A DNA stretch of 56,728 bases from Macrostomum lignano (lineage: Eukaryota): NCBI GenBank assembly GCA_002269645.1, contig NIVC01001083.1:1-56728 (forward strand), written 5' to 3'. Of this stretch, positions 34,001-44,845 are shown piece after piece. Positions within the stretch are counted from its first letter, which is position 1. Each line of letters opens with the position of its first letter. Position numbers and translations under genes: made by a program. Under the pieces are notes generated by a model. The model was given only the letters and a program-made list of their open reading frames with translations, searched no databases and had not been told where the DNA came from.

Positions 34001-36824
34001 TCTGGGTCAAGGTTATTGTCTATGTGAGTCATTTGACCTGGGTCAATGTGACTGTCTGCGTGAGTCATTTTATCTGGGTCAAGGTGACTGTCTGCGTGAG
34101 TCATTTGATCTGGGTCAAGGTGACTGTCTACGTGAGTCATTTGATCTGGGTCAAGGTGACTGTCTGCGTAAGTCATTTGATCTGGGTCAAGGTGACTGTC
34201 TGCGTAAGTCATTTGATCTGGGTCAAGGTGACTGTCTGTGTAAGTCATTTGATTTGGGTCAAGGTTACTGTCTACGTGAGTCATTTGATCTGGGTCAAGG
34301 TTATTGTCTGCGTGAGTCATTTTATCTGGGTCAAGGTTACTGTCTACGTGAGTTATTTGATCTGGGTCAAGGTTACTGTCTACGTGAGTCATTTGATCTG
34401 GATCAAGGTTATTGTCTACATGAGCCATTTGATCTGGGTCAATGTTACTGTCTACGTGATCCATTTGACCTGGGTCAATGTGAATGTCTGCGTGAGTCAT
34501 TTGATCTGGGTCAAAGGTTACTGTCTACATGAGTCATTTGATCTGGGTCAAGGTTACTGTCTACGTGAGTCATTTGATCTGGGTCAAGGTTACTGTCTAC
34601 GTGAGTCATTTGATCTGGGTCAAGGTTACCATCTGCATGAGTCATTTGACCTGGGTCAAAGTTACTCTGTGAGTCATTAGAAAATTAAAGATTTTCCTAA
34701 TCATATTCAATCGACGTCTAATTCATCAGTTAAATTATGTCTTACCTTAGCACCTTCTTGAAGTAGGTACTTGGCCACTTCCGTATGGCCACCCAGTGCT
34801 GTGGCATGTAGTGGTGTCCAACCTTCACTATCTCTAGCATGAATATCAGCTCCATGCTCAATTAAAAACTTGATCAGATCCAACTTATTGTCAATGCATG
34901 CCTAAAATTTTAGATATAGTATAATTTTGCATTAGTATATGCATCACTCTTAGTATATTTTTTAATTAAAGAAACAATAGAAAAAAATGTAAGTCTAATT
35001 TTTCATGAAATAAAGCTTTTTATCTACTAGACTTTACTTATTTCATTGTATCAAATAGCTTTCCAATTTACTAATTTCCAGTTTACTATTAAAAAAGTAA
35101 GAAATATAATCTTTGATAAGCTATTATTTACTATTTTACAATTAGTTAATTGTTTATAAGATTAGTTTATAAGATTTAAAAAATTAAACATATATAATAA
35201 AAACCTATTTTACTAAAATTATATTATTATTGGCCTTCTATCAAGATATATATTAATTCTTTTTTTAGAAATTACCTAGCTACTTTCCATTATTAAATAA
35301 TTACTTGAACTTATAAATAGATGGATCTAAAAACATAGCTAAATAATAAATATAAATTGTGATAGAAAATCACTAAATTTGATACCATGATTATATATAA
35401 GTAATATGATATAAATAAAAGATTTACAATACATAACTAAAGCATTTTTGTTAAAATATTTTATCAAATATTTGACTTCGCCTAACTTATACAATCAATG
35501 AGCTACAAAAAAAGCCTACAAAAATATTAAAATATTATTTTATGATCCAAATGTACTATTTTGATTAAACAAATTCAATAACAATTCTATTTATTTTTGC
35601 ATAAAAAATTAAATATTATATTTCTATACACATGTAACATAACCATTTAATAGATTTTTTATGCTTTCAACATTCTTTAATAGATAATGTAGACTTAAAA
35701 TAAGAAGGAAAACAATTGGAATATTTTACCTTACTAGGTAAAAAAATGAAAAGTTCCTTATACAAGCCCTTATACAAGGAAAATTATTATATAATTGAGG
35801 TTAAAGTTTTTATAATTATTATATATTAGAAAAAATGACTTTTGTAAAGTCAACTGAAGTCAATTAAATTTGTAACTTCTAAATAAATTGCTTTTCTTTA
35901 AAAGTCAGATAAAATTTGGCAATTATTAAGATTGCATATCAATTTAAGTAACTTATAAATAAAATATAGACTCTAGATACATTGGATAAAGAACAAAATT
36001 ATATTAATATATATATATTATTCCTGCTATTAAGCAACTGATTATAAATCTACAGGATTAGAAGCACAAAATAAAAATATATAATAATAGATAAATAATA
36101 TAGGCCATACTATTTAAAAAATTTGCCATATTATTTTAATTACTTTAATTAGATTAGAACAATATAAAATATAAAATGGTCATTTCATTTTTTTCTCTTT
36201 ATAATATTCTTTTTGATTGCAATATACATTAAATTTTCTTGGATTTTCTTAGAATGTATTCACCAAGTCAAAAAAATAAAATGTATGAAAATAAGTATTC
36301 AAAAAAGATTCTACTGAATAAGCATGTTTTATAATCTCAATAGACAATAGTCAATACAAGTTAAAGTTAAATTAAGAATAAGCAAACATGCAATATTTAT
36401 ATAAAATAGCATATTTACTCCTATATTTATAAATAACAAAAATAGTATAATTTTTAAAACAAAAAATATTAAGTAGATTAAAGGGTTATTAAAATGACCA
36501 TTTCATTATTAATAGCTAAATGAAGCATTGCCTAAAATGTATCACATTTATTCCAAATAAACAAACCTGGTGCAAGGCTGTCAGGCCATCAATGTTACTG
36601 GTGTTAATGTCGACCTTGTCTTTTAGAAATCTCGAAATCTCATCATAATCAGTTGCATTGCATGCAGCAAGAAAAGCAACTTCTGGTTTAAACTTCACTC
36701 TTTCTGGGTTCTTTACACTTGCTGATGCTTGGTTGGCTTCAGAAGTCTCCCATGCAGTTAGCTGTTCCCTTCTCTTATGCAGATTGTTTACAGGCGTCGT
36801 AGTACCATTTCCACTGGTACCCAT
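10132..36824 (-). CDS. MYPT1: Myosin phosphatase targeting subunit (PP1 regulatory subunit 12 family), ~1033 aa; exons 36824-36567, 34901-34746, 33207-32812, 29712-29638, 29544-29465, 23720-23174, 17842-17663, 16011-15400, 13669-13274, 11440-11138, 10230-10132
   Basis: MyPhoNE-like KRREQLTAW, RVxF motif RVKF, ankyrin repeats ([41 protein letters not shown]), [15 protein letters not shown]...KRATQGV (T696-like), DYKRLYE coiled coil and terminal zipper. All junctions are GT-AG and phase-consistent. Middle low-complexity exons are less certain. Confidence 0.92.
10457..11122. repeat. (GACA)n satellite with three internal cataaacgcggaacgcacaca inserts
   Basis: Direct read; fills MYPT intron 10. 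Confidence 0.97.
11138..11440 (-). CDS. MYPT1: MYPT exon 10 (coiled coil)
   Basis: ctcccag|SDSGRG...[18 protein letters not shown]...[11 protein letters not shown]|gtgagt. A stronger-looking phase-1 acceptor also exists at 11477-11476. Confidence 0.85.
11543..11797 (+). mobile_element. tRNA-derived CORE-type SINE, copy 1
   Basis: A-box gtagcctggtggttagagtg, B-box ggttcgattc, CORE-like cttgagcaaggcccttaac...ctgtaaaatggg, (att)n tail; homologous to 23864 and 55600. Confidence 0.85.
11985..12347 (-). mobile_element. Young tRNA-derived SINE (family 2) with poly(A) tail and perfect target-site duplication
   Basis: Head ggggccgtagcccagcggtagcg...ggctcgattcc; gccctcctgtgaat at 11971-11984 and 12348-12361; second copy at 42202. 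Confidence 0.9.
12590..13170. repeat. 32-bp minisatellite (gaggaattgaataccccttgatggtgatttca)
   Basis: Period 32 read directly, ~18 copies. Confidence 0.95.
13274..13669 (-). CDS. MYPT1: MYPT exon 9 (Ser/Gly/Ala-rich)
   Basis: aaacag|[13 protein letters not shown]...SESVDS|gtgagt, phase 0/0; acceptor choice uncertain. Confidence 0.7.
14272..15262. repeat. (CTGA)n satellite with (GAGT)n patches
   Basis: Direct read. Confidence 0.98.
15400..16011 (-). CDS. MYPT1: MYPT exon 8 (inhibitory phosphosite region)
   Basis: ccacag|TDTDK...[34 protein letters not shown]...[15 protein letters not shown]|gtgagc. Confidence 0.9.
16032..16630. repeat. 22-bp minisatellite (cacactgctgtactgtcatcat)
   Basis: Direct read; abuts the exon 8 acceptor. 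Confidence 0.95.
16812..17612. repeat. 21-bp minisatellite (ccgatctttcagtgaccctct)
   Basis: Direct read; a decayed inverted relative lies at 50488-50660. Confidence 0.95.
17663..17842 (-). CDS. MYPT1: MYPT exon 7
   Basis: gcgcag|[10 protein letters not shown]...LKRHFSAGK|gtttga; 180 nt, phase 0/0, open; not in the ORF track. Confidence 0.65.
18004..20262. repeat. (GACA)n-derived satellite with CACA, GAGA and ccataa variants
   Basis: Direct read. Confidence 0.97.
20700..23015. repeat. Composite array: ~32 near-perfect 51-bp units grading into 24-bp monomers
   Basis: 51-mer = ggaatagtctagggcgacttctgt + ggcactgtagtctagggaaatttctat; monomers ggaatagtctagggcgatgtttat from ~22450. Confidence 0.97.
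23174..23720 (-). CDS. MYPT1: MYPT exon 6 (RRSSVTR, Pro/Ala-rich)
   Basis: Phase-2 acceptor ccatag gives (R)[23 protein letters not shown]...poly-A/poly-P...TSVK|gtgagc. Confidence 0.85.
23864..24176 (+). mobile_element. tRNA-derived CORE-type SINE, full-length copy 2
   Basis: A-box gtggcctagtggctagagcg, B-box gggttcgattcc, ttgtgtgaccttgagcaagacacttaactc...ctgtaaaatggg resembling the MIR CORE consensus as recalled. Confidence 0.88.
24955..25817 (+). mobile_element. Non-autonomous hAT/Charlie-like element with internal AG-rich expansion, copy 1
   Basis: TIRs cacggggtcggcaaac ... ctttgccaacccctg; subterminal gatag...gcgggccac recalls MER58-type ends; purine tract 25027-25700; no clean TSD. 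Confidence 0.8.
26713..27714 (-). mobile_element. Non-autonomous hAT/Charlie-like element, copy 2 (inverted), with CT-rich expansion
   Basis: TIRs cagaggtaggcaaac ... gttttgccgacccttg. The 27714 end aligns over ~75 bp with 24955 onward; caaaggaccc is shared with the other end of copy 1. Confidence 0.8.
28080..29345. repeat. 34-bp minisatellite (gatggatgataaacacaatttagattgaagtaca), ~37 copies
   Basis: Period 34 read directly. Confidence 0.96.
29465..29544 (-). CDS. MYPT1: MYPT exon 5
   Basis: ttgtag|[26 protein letters not shown](R)|gtgagt, phase 2 end. Confidence 0.82.
29638..29712 (-). CDS. MYPT1: MYPT exon 4
   Basis: tttcag|[25 protein letters not shown]|gtcagt, resembling vertebrate GQTAFDVADEDILGYLEELQKKQ. 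Confidence 0.88.
29828..30630. repeat. 22-bp minisatellite (ggaaagtcactgaatctggatt)
   Basis: Period 22 read directly. Confidence 0.96.
30990..31605. repeat. GACA-derived complex higher-order repeat
   Basis: Recurrent aactagcacagacaatagcaggcactaacacagacagacagacac blocks. Confidence 0.9.
32328..32618. repeat. 20-bp minisatellite (gagggtctgagataattaca)
   Basis: Direct read. Confidence 0.95.
32812..33207 (-). CDS. MYPT1: MYPT exon 3 (ankyrins)
   Basis: ccccag|[16 protein letters not shown]...[11 protein letters not shown]...[13 protein letters not shown]...AVTHA|gtgaga. Confidence 0.92.
33240..34678. repeat. 36-bp minisatellite (gtcatttgatctgggtcaaggtgactgtctgcgtra) filling MYPT intron 2
   Basis: Direct read, ~40 copies. 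Confidence 0.96.
34746..34901 (-). CDS. MYPT1: MYPT exon 2 (ankyrin)
   Basis: ttttag|[52 protein letters not shown]|gtaag; not in the ORF track. Confidence 0.92.
36567..36824 (-). CDS. MYPT1: MYPT exon 1 (MyPhoNE, RVKF, first ankyrin)
   Basis: MGTSG...KRREQLTAW...[14 protein letters not shown]...DGLTALHQ then donor gtttgt; same junction position as recalled for vertebrate MYPT1 exon 1. Confidence 0.92.
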
Positions 36825-37794
36825 GCCGTTTGGCGTAGCTTGCTTATGAATAAAACTCTTACTGTACTATATTAATTAGGCCTAGTCAACAGTCAACTGG
36901 CTGTTTACGAAGTCACTATCACGAAAGAGTAACTTTCTTTGATACCACGACTATGCTGAGAAGCAACATTACAAAATTAAGATTTCCTTTTCATAAGTTT
37001 TTTATAGTTTTAAGGAAGCTACATGTTTCAATAAGGAAGTTCAAGTAGCAAGCAAGGAGTGCCTCCTTGTAATGTTAAACTATACTTCTAAGAAACGAAT
37101 TGTGTAGTTTGAATTAGCACCATCTTGCAGTTTTCACAACAGTTTAAACAACTATACGTTATTCCAGTATATTTACATTTGCTTATTTAAAGAAAATTAT
37201 ATAAAGGAAAAAAAACAGTTAAATATATTGCATATCCTACTAACTTAGATTTAAATTGCAATCTTAGTTAGCTTTTCGACATTTTTCCTCTTAATAAGAC
37301 ATCAGCATCGATTAAATACGTACCTAATGCGCCGCGAATACCGAATCAACAATGCGTTCGAGACACTAAAACATTTTTTGCGGTTGAGTGTCACATGTGT
37401 TATACCCATGCCATATATAAGGTTAACATAAAATTTACGATGTGCTCGATCGGATCCATAATGTACGTACTGATGCTTGCGCATTTTTTGGGAATTGTAA
37501 CCATGTCTCTGAATCCACCCATTAATTGTTTGCAATCGGTCGCCCTGGATGTCGATCTCGATCCTCTTAGCCTGCAGTTCTGCAGGCTGGTTTTGCAGCG
37601 CTCCATTTTCAATTGCCCCATGCAGCCAAATCAGCGCACGCGGTATACGTTGCTCTTCATGCACTGATTGGCTATATACATGTACATATAAGCCTTTCTT
37701 CCCTTTCCTCCGTCTTTTAACAGCTATACAGAGTGCGTGTAGTGTCGCTAATTTACTCTGCGCATCCCAAATTAAACGTCTCTCTTGATCATGA

Positions 37795-38045
37795 TCGAAT
37801 CCATGTTGGCTTCACTGATCTGCGTGTCCCAATTACACGTCTCTGAATCCATGTCGTCTTCACTCTGCGTGTCCCCAATTAACGTCTCGAACTGAATCCA
37901 TGTCCGCTTCATTCAACGTATCCCAATTAACGTCACTGAATCCATGTCGTCTTTGCACTCTGTGCGTCCCAATTATAAACGTCTCTGAATCCATGTCGGC
38001 TTCACTTTGCGCGTCTTAACGCATCTTGAGCCGTGTCGGCTTCGT
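37795..38045. repeat. Degenerate ~45-bp tandem repeat (gaatccatgtcg...cccaattaacgtc)
   Basis: About five diverged copies. Confidence 0.75.
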
Positions 38046-39784
38046 CGGCGTGCTCAACGTGCTCAACAATTTACAGCTAGTGTCAGCACGTCCCGAGGCC
38101 TGCTGAAGTTCATTGTACCTAGTCAGTTTTCCATGCAGCGAGAGTTCGTGTTATAGACCGCCATCTGCTATCTCTCTGGAACTCTATGGTTTGCAACAAT
38201 AGTGCGTCGATCTGTATTTATTCGGCTTATTGTCAAAGCTTATTGCGCAAACTGTGAAGCATCGACTGAATCGCTGCTCATATATAATCGTAGCTCTGAT
38301 TATTGTCTAAAAGCTAAGTCATTATTTAAATAACTTCCCTCTATTAGCCCATGCATGTTCGTATATTATTCCAAACCATGTATTTCGTTCTGATCGTTCG
38401 TTCGGCTGATCAATAAGTCAAATAATAAATTCTCAAGCTAAAAAAATAAAAAACGTTAAAACATTTAAGTCATGCCAGACAAAAGAATGTTTGCATAGTT
38501 TTGAATGCTCTAGAAAACAGTTGAAAAAAAGTTTTAAAACGTTGAAATCAAAAAGTTCCGTTAGTATAACTGCATATCAAATTTCTTCCACGCAGAGGGG
38601 GTTGTGGATCCAGGTATAGGCATTTTCCAGTCGGAGAGGTTTTCATTTCTATATGTATGTAGCTCGTACAGCAGTATATGGGGTATGTCGGTGAAGACTT
38701 GTGCTAAGCATATAGTGTGACAAAATGCGTCATGCAAGGTAAAGAGCATTGCGGGCAAATCTAGAGTAGCCCATCATGGACTATAAAAAATTCCCCCATT
38801 ATGCACTAAAGCCTGAGGTCCTAAATCAACCGCAAAAGTAATCACCATAATAGTAACAAAAAAGATAGATACAGCCTACTGACTTAAGTAATAATACCTG
38901 CACGTCACTTACAGAGTGAGTAAAGAAATAGAGGATTAAACTATTTTTTTACAGAAAATTTTGCGACTTGCAATTGAAATCTGTCAATCAATAGGAATAA
39001 TCATATTTCGATCAACATGCAAAATTCGCGAGTGGCAGTGTCTATCAGATTGTAGAATCTTCAAATGATAGACAAATCTTGCTATACATTTTACGATAGC
39101 TATACTCGCCGATTCTGCGCGAAAATCTCCATGACTGACAAACACGGGAGGTCATGTCGTGAGGCATTAAAACTCATTTTTGCACCGCGTTACACAAGTT
39201 CGAAATTTATCCGAACTAATCCTGCAAACTATGAGGCACAATGAGACCGATGATCAAAGTTTGAGACCGACCAATCTACTCTAATTTAATTCTCTGATCA
39301 ATCAATCAGGTCATCTCAAAAGTTTTTGCGCTTATATTTTTGAAACTTTGATTGCTTTGATTTTTGAAAATTGTGACTTTTTCTAATAATTTACATTGCA
39401 CAACTATTAAGCTATTATTTAAACGCTTAATTACATGCATCAGCTGTAAAAATGAGCCCTTCATGGTTATCCCAAACCTACACACACAAAATTTCCCAAT
39501 GAAGACGAGTTGAAAAATTTGGGAAATCATAAGGATTATTGTGTCCAAAGATTCGCCAATTTTAGTCAGACCTGGCTTGGAACGGCTTTGTAACTCGACG
39601 TTGACAGGCTGTCGCTGCACCTGGGTTGGGTGACTATATTTTGTTGAGTGAATATTATAATTAATACGTGTGCATGTGTTCTTTTTTGCTCTGACTAATC
39701 ATAATTCGTGAAATCGATTATAAATTAAATCAACATTATTCTCTTTATGAGCATCTTATTCTGGATTCCAAGTACCACCTGGTT

Positions 39785-40530
39785 ACCCTAGACACCTCAT
39801 GACTACCATATAGACACCCCAACGCTACACTAGACATCCCATTGCTACCGTAGACACCTCATGGCTACCATAGACATCTCATGGCTACCATAGACACACA
39901 GTGGCTACCATAGACACACAATGGCTACCATAGACACCTCATGGCTACCCTAGACACCCCATGGCTATACCATGGGAACTTCATGGCTACCATAGACACC
40001 TCATGGCTACCCTAGACACCCCATGGCTATACCATGGGAACTTCATGGCTGCCATAGACACCTCATGGCTACCCTATAGAGTATAGATACCTCCTGGCTA
40101 CCTTAGACATCGCATGGCTTCCATAGACACACAATGGCTACCCTAGACACAAAAATGGCTACCATAGGCACCTCATGGCTGCCATAGACACCCCATGGCT
40201 ACCATAGGCACCTCATGGCTACCATAGGCACCTCATGGCTACCATAGGCACCTCATGGCTACCATAGGCACCTCATAGCTGCCATAGACACCCCATGGCT
40301 ACCATAGGCACCTCATGGCTACCATAGACACCCCATGGCTACCATAGGCACCTCATGGCTACCATAGGCACCTCATGGCTACCATAGGCACCTCATAGCT
40401 GCCATAGACACCCCATGGCTGCCATAGGCACCTCATGGCTACAATGGCTACTCTAGACACCTCATGGCTTACCATAGATACACAATGCTACCCTAGACAC
40501 CTCATGACTACCCTACAAACATCATGGCTA
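39785..40530. repeat. ~20-bp minisatellite (catggctaccataggcacct)
   Basis: Direct read. Confidence 0.93.
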
Positions 40531-40766
40531 CATTAAGAAAATCGTATGCTGAACCCTAAGCACTTTAAGACTTAAAAATTACTACTAATAATGAGGCTTT
40601 AGCAAGTGCATGCATAAGTAGATATAAATCAATAAGAAGGGTAAAATCGTTCTACCAGTTTAGTGCAAGGCGAAATAATTATATAAGGCAATATAGCTAG
40701 CTATAAATCCATTCGATCATAAATCCATAAATTTAAAATCATAATTAAAATGCAGCGCAAGAAGCT

Positions 40767-41096
40767 AATAAAGCCAAAGTGAGAATCCTGCCTACGCTGA
40801 CTGCAAAGGGCATGGCTGCGTGCAGCCTTAGTCTATGGGCCATAGACTATAAAGGATAAGCAAAGTGATAAAAAGCCATCCTAGCCATCACTAGCCATCA
40901 CTAGCTATTGGCTAGTCATATGGCTCAGAAGGTATAAAAATAAAAGAATACGACGCATAGACCAATCGATTCTCACATTGGATGGCTTTTTATCACTGCT
41001 TGTCCTTTATAGTCTATGGCCCATAGACTAAGGCTGCACGCAGCCAGGCCCTTCGCAGTCAGAGTAGGCAGGATTCTCACTTTGGATGGCTTTATT
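40767..41096. mobile_element. Palindromic MITE-like element with ~105-bp inverted arms
   Basis: 40774-40881 is the reverse complement, with few differences, of 40980-41085; outer ends aataaagcca / tggctttatt; each arm holds tagtctatgg-N-ccatagacta. Confidence 0.8.
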
Positions 41097-42201
41097 CTCA
41101 GTTAGGCTGACAAAAGCAATATCAGTTCAGTAAAACAAGCTTATTACTGAAACAATTGTCAGTTCACTTAAAAAGTGTCTTTTCACAAAGCCGTGACTGT
41201 TTTTGTTTGAATCGATGTAAATTCGTTAAAACAAAGTATCATGACGTCAGTTTTACCAAAGTTCAGTTGTAGTGATGAGTTGCTCCAAATAGTCTTGTCT
41301 AAATGAATATTTGATGATTATTTGACAGCATGAGGTAAACAGTGGACATCGAAGACAATATTGGTACATTTTTGAATAGCCGCATCTGGAGCCGCAGGTG
41401 CGCCATGGCCGACGCAATTTCCTATGGCTTATACGCATCACAATGGCTAATAAATTGAATCGGCTTCCTGCATATGCCGAATCCATTGGAAACTTCATGA
41501 ACCAATTTCCCCACTTTTTATGCATTTTCTTGCATTTCAGTTCCTGTATTAAGACGCGGCAGCTGCGTCCCGAACTAACTGAATTGATGTTGCAAAATAT
41601 ATACCTTTCTATCTTAGGTATCTCTAAGGTGCGTACGCTATTGCCTATAGGATATTCAGTATGTTTACAACTAGCAGTCATATCATCTTAGAGGCCGAAG
41701 CATGCATATATCTTACGCTCGTAAGTATATTTTATTGTCAATAATATATAGCTACCCCAGTTATGTTACAAGAGGACAGGAAAAAAGACAGAAGACAGAG
41801 GATGGGGCAGCCGATGGCATAATTGTTATTGCCATGGCGTTTACGAGCCGGCCCGGCATGCCCTTCCCCATGCAGCTGCGGTGTAAATTGGCCCAAGGAG
41901 ATCGAAGACCCAGAAACTGGAAGGAGTCAAAACTCCGCATGAAAATCCGATAAATTTCAGACAACACTTGGCTCGCTTATAGGTGTTCCGAAAAGGGTTA
42001 CTGTTAGGACTTTACGCAATAAAAGTGCAACAAGTTAAATAACCGATGAGCAAAGTCAAGCAAAGGACCTTCTTCTTTTAACGCAGATTTTAAACTGAAA
42101 ACTTCCCCTCTTAATGAAGAAGTGTTTGATCGAGTTCAGTCAGTCTATTTACGGGTACTGTGTACATTTGTCTGAAAATGATGGAAGTGGATTTATTTTG
42201 A

Positions 42202-42537
42202 GGGGGCCGTGGCCTGCAGTGGTCTAACGCGGCGCTCTGATGACTGATGTGCCAGCGGCCCAGGCTGAATTCTAAGTGCAGTCACATTAATTTGGAAGCT
42301 AAATTGGAATCTAAATTGGAATTGGAATCTCTGCAGCTCTGGGGTCTGTCTGCTTGTGCAATTAACGCACTTGGAGGCCAACGACAAGGCACAGTGAAGT
42401 GTACACGCCTAACGATAAATAAAGTATGACTGCGTACGGCATGGGCAGGAATGGCTCTCGCCAATTTTGTGACAATGTCGCTTAAAGTGCGCCATGAGGG
42501 TGCACACAGCCCCCTTGCCTCTAACTCTAATTAAAAA
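42202..42537 (+). mobile_element. tRNA-derived SINE family 2, older copy
   Basis: Shares aagtgcagtcacattaatttgg, gtgcaattaacg, cagtgaagtgtaca and atgtcgcttaaagtgcgcca with the 11985-12347 copy. Confidence 0.85.
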
Positions 42538-43019
42538 GCGGGTTTGGAGAAGAGCTGCAACTCCATGCCCTGCTTGTGGGTCTCCTTGACAATTCTCAAT
42601 TTTTTGCGACCCCAGGCTTAACCCCCTCCTACAAGGCCATAAACAGTCTGAGTGGGGGGCACACTTGTTAGATGAGGCTAAAGCTTTAATTTTTTCTACG
42701 TAATTTTTTTCGTAGACTACAGAATAATGGTCGCCCTATAGCACACACCCGCTGCCATCTCAGGCCTGAGTTAATTGAGAGAACAAAATTTTATGAAGAA
42801 GAAGCCACTTAAAATGGTGGCTTAATATTTACTTAATATTATTACTTAATTTTAATATTATTTTTACTTATTATTACTATTTACTTAATATAATTACTTA
42901 ATATTTCAGAGCAAGGCTTAAGCTCGAGGGTCAGGGCTTGGTCTCTGTCTGCTGCATTTAAACCTGAGAGCGACTATAGCTAGCCTCAACAACACGAAGC
43001 AGCCCCATTAAATGCACCC

Positions 43020-43545
43020 TGACCCAGTATAGCACCCCTGATCTACATGTGACACCTTAATCTCATTCTAGCACCCGTTTATGAACCTTTCAGCACCCGT
43101 GAATGGCCACAATGACTTTTTTAGCACCCTGTATGATTCCTGTATCCTTCTGTCACCCTTGCATGACTCCCCTGACCCTTTCAAACACCCGGGTATGACC
43201 CTTATGACCCTTCTAGCACCCTGTATGACCCAATGACCTCTTCTAGCACCCTGTATGACCCAATGACCTCTTCTAGCACCCTGTATGACCCAATGACCTC
43301 TTCTAGCACCCTGTATGACCCAATGACCTCTTCTAGCACCCTGTATGACCCAATGACCTCTTCTAGCACTCTTTTAGGACCCCATGACCCCTTCTAGCAC
43401 TCGTGTATGATCCTTGTAACCTTTATATTACTCGTGTATGACCCCAATGACCCTTATAATCCTTTCTAGCATTTATGTATGACCCCAAGGACCCTTCTAG
43501 CAACCTTGCATGACTCACCTGATCTCTTCTAGCAACTCCAGCACC
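43020..43545. repeat. 30-bp minisatellite (cttctagcaccctgtatgacccaatgacct) with decayed flanks
   Basis: Direct read. Confidence 0.9.
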
Positions 43546-43984
43546 TCCCCAAGCCCCCTCAAAACCTCAATCCTTTTAATCGCCATAAGTTTCCACTGAG
43601 AACGAACTTAGAGTACTGCAGACTTTCACAGCTTAGTCTAGGGCAGCCAGTGTGCTGTTTAGTGGCAGTAAATACCATAAGCTCCATTATTCGCTGAAGA
43701 GTTCGACAACCAATCAGAGCTGTTTCTGCTCTCATATCTGAACTGGTTAAAAGTTGTATTAAATATTCAGTTTTTAAATTTGCAAAACCTAAAAGAACCA
43801 GGTTTCTTTAAATACAATTTGTAATTATTTTAAGGTAAGTAAGCATTTTTACTTTACTCACAAAAATTCATAAATAGAAATTAAAAGTTCATAAAAATAA
43901 TAGTTATCATATAATCGTAAAAAATAGACAGTATTTAGACAATAGACACCTACAACATAGCATGTCAATTTGATGTAGGTGTAA

Positions 43985-44845
43985 AGCCACTTCGTTGGGG
44001 GTAGAGTCACTCTGCTGGGGATAGAGTCACTCTGTTGGGGGTAGAGCCACTCGGTTGGGAGTAGAGTCACTCTGTTGGGGGTAGAATCACTCGGTTAGGG
44101 GTAGAGTCACTCGGCTAGGGGTAGAGTCACTCAGTTAGGGGTAGAGTCAATCTGTTAGGGGTAGAGTCACTCTGTTAGGGGTAGAGTCACTCGGTTGGGA
44201 GTAGAGGGGTAGAGTCACTCTGTTAGGGGTAGAGCCACTCGGTTGGGAGTAGAGTCAATCTGTTAGGGGTAGAGTCACTCAGTTAGGGGTAGAGTCAATC
44301 TGTTAGGGGTAGAGTCACTCTGTTAGGGGTAGAGTCACTCGGTTGGGAGTAGAGGGGTAGAGTCACTCTGTTAGGGGTAGAGTCACTCGGTTAGGGGTAG
44401 AGTCACTCGGCTAGGGGTAGAGTCACTCAGTTAGGGGTAGAGAGTCTCTCTTTTGAGGGTAGAGACACTCAGTTCAGGATAAGAGTTACTCTTACTGAAG
44501 TAGAATCACTCTGTTGGGTTTAGAGTCACTCTTTTGAGGGTAGAGTTCACTGTGTTGGGGGTAGAGTCACTCTGTTTGGTTTAGAGTCACTCTGTTGGGG
44601 GTAGAGTCACTCTGTTTGGTTTAGAGTCACTCTGTTGGGGGTAGAGTCACTCTGGTGGGGGTAGAGTCACTCTGTTGGGGGTAGAGTCACTCTGTTGTGG
44701 GTAGGATGATAGGATGAGTCGGTTGTCGGTAAGAGTCACTCTATTAAGGGTGCAGTCACTCTTTTAGGGGTAGGATCACTCGGTTTGGGGGTAGATTCTC
44801 TCTGTTAGGCGTAGAGTCACTCGGTTTGGGTAGAGTCACTCGGTG
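43985..44845. repeat. 20-bp minisatellite (gttaggggtagagtcactct)
   Basis: Direct read. Confidence 0.94.

Noticed and set aside
32671-34500. 609-aa ORF with [12 protein letters not shown] repeats fused to ankyrins
   Set aside because: The repeat part is the intron-2 36-bp minisatellite. Exon 2 splices in phase 0 to 33207, the array shifts frame near 34513 and 34660, and the AGs in the consensus unit are not in phase 0. Two 3-nt insertions keep frame but are too few to show coding constraint.
37302-37788. Several short overlapping ORFs upstream of MYPT
   Set aside because: No recognisable domain or splice support; likely promoter or intergenic sequence.
41761-41967. hAT dimerisation-domain-like peptide PSAAPSSVFCLFS on the minus strand
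   Set aside because: Only a short motif resemblance; no other transposase motifs or TIRs recognisable.
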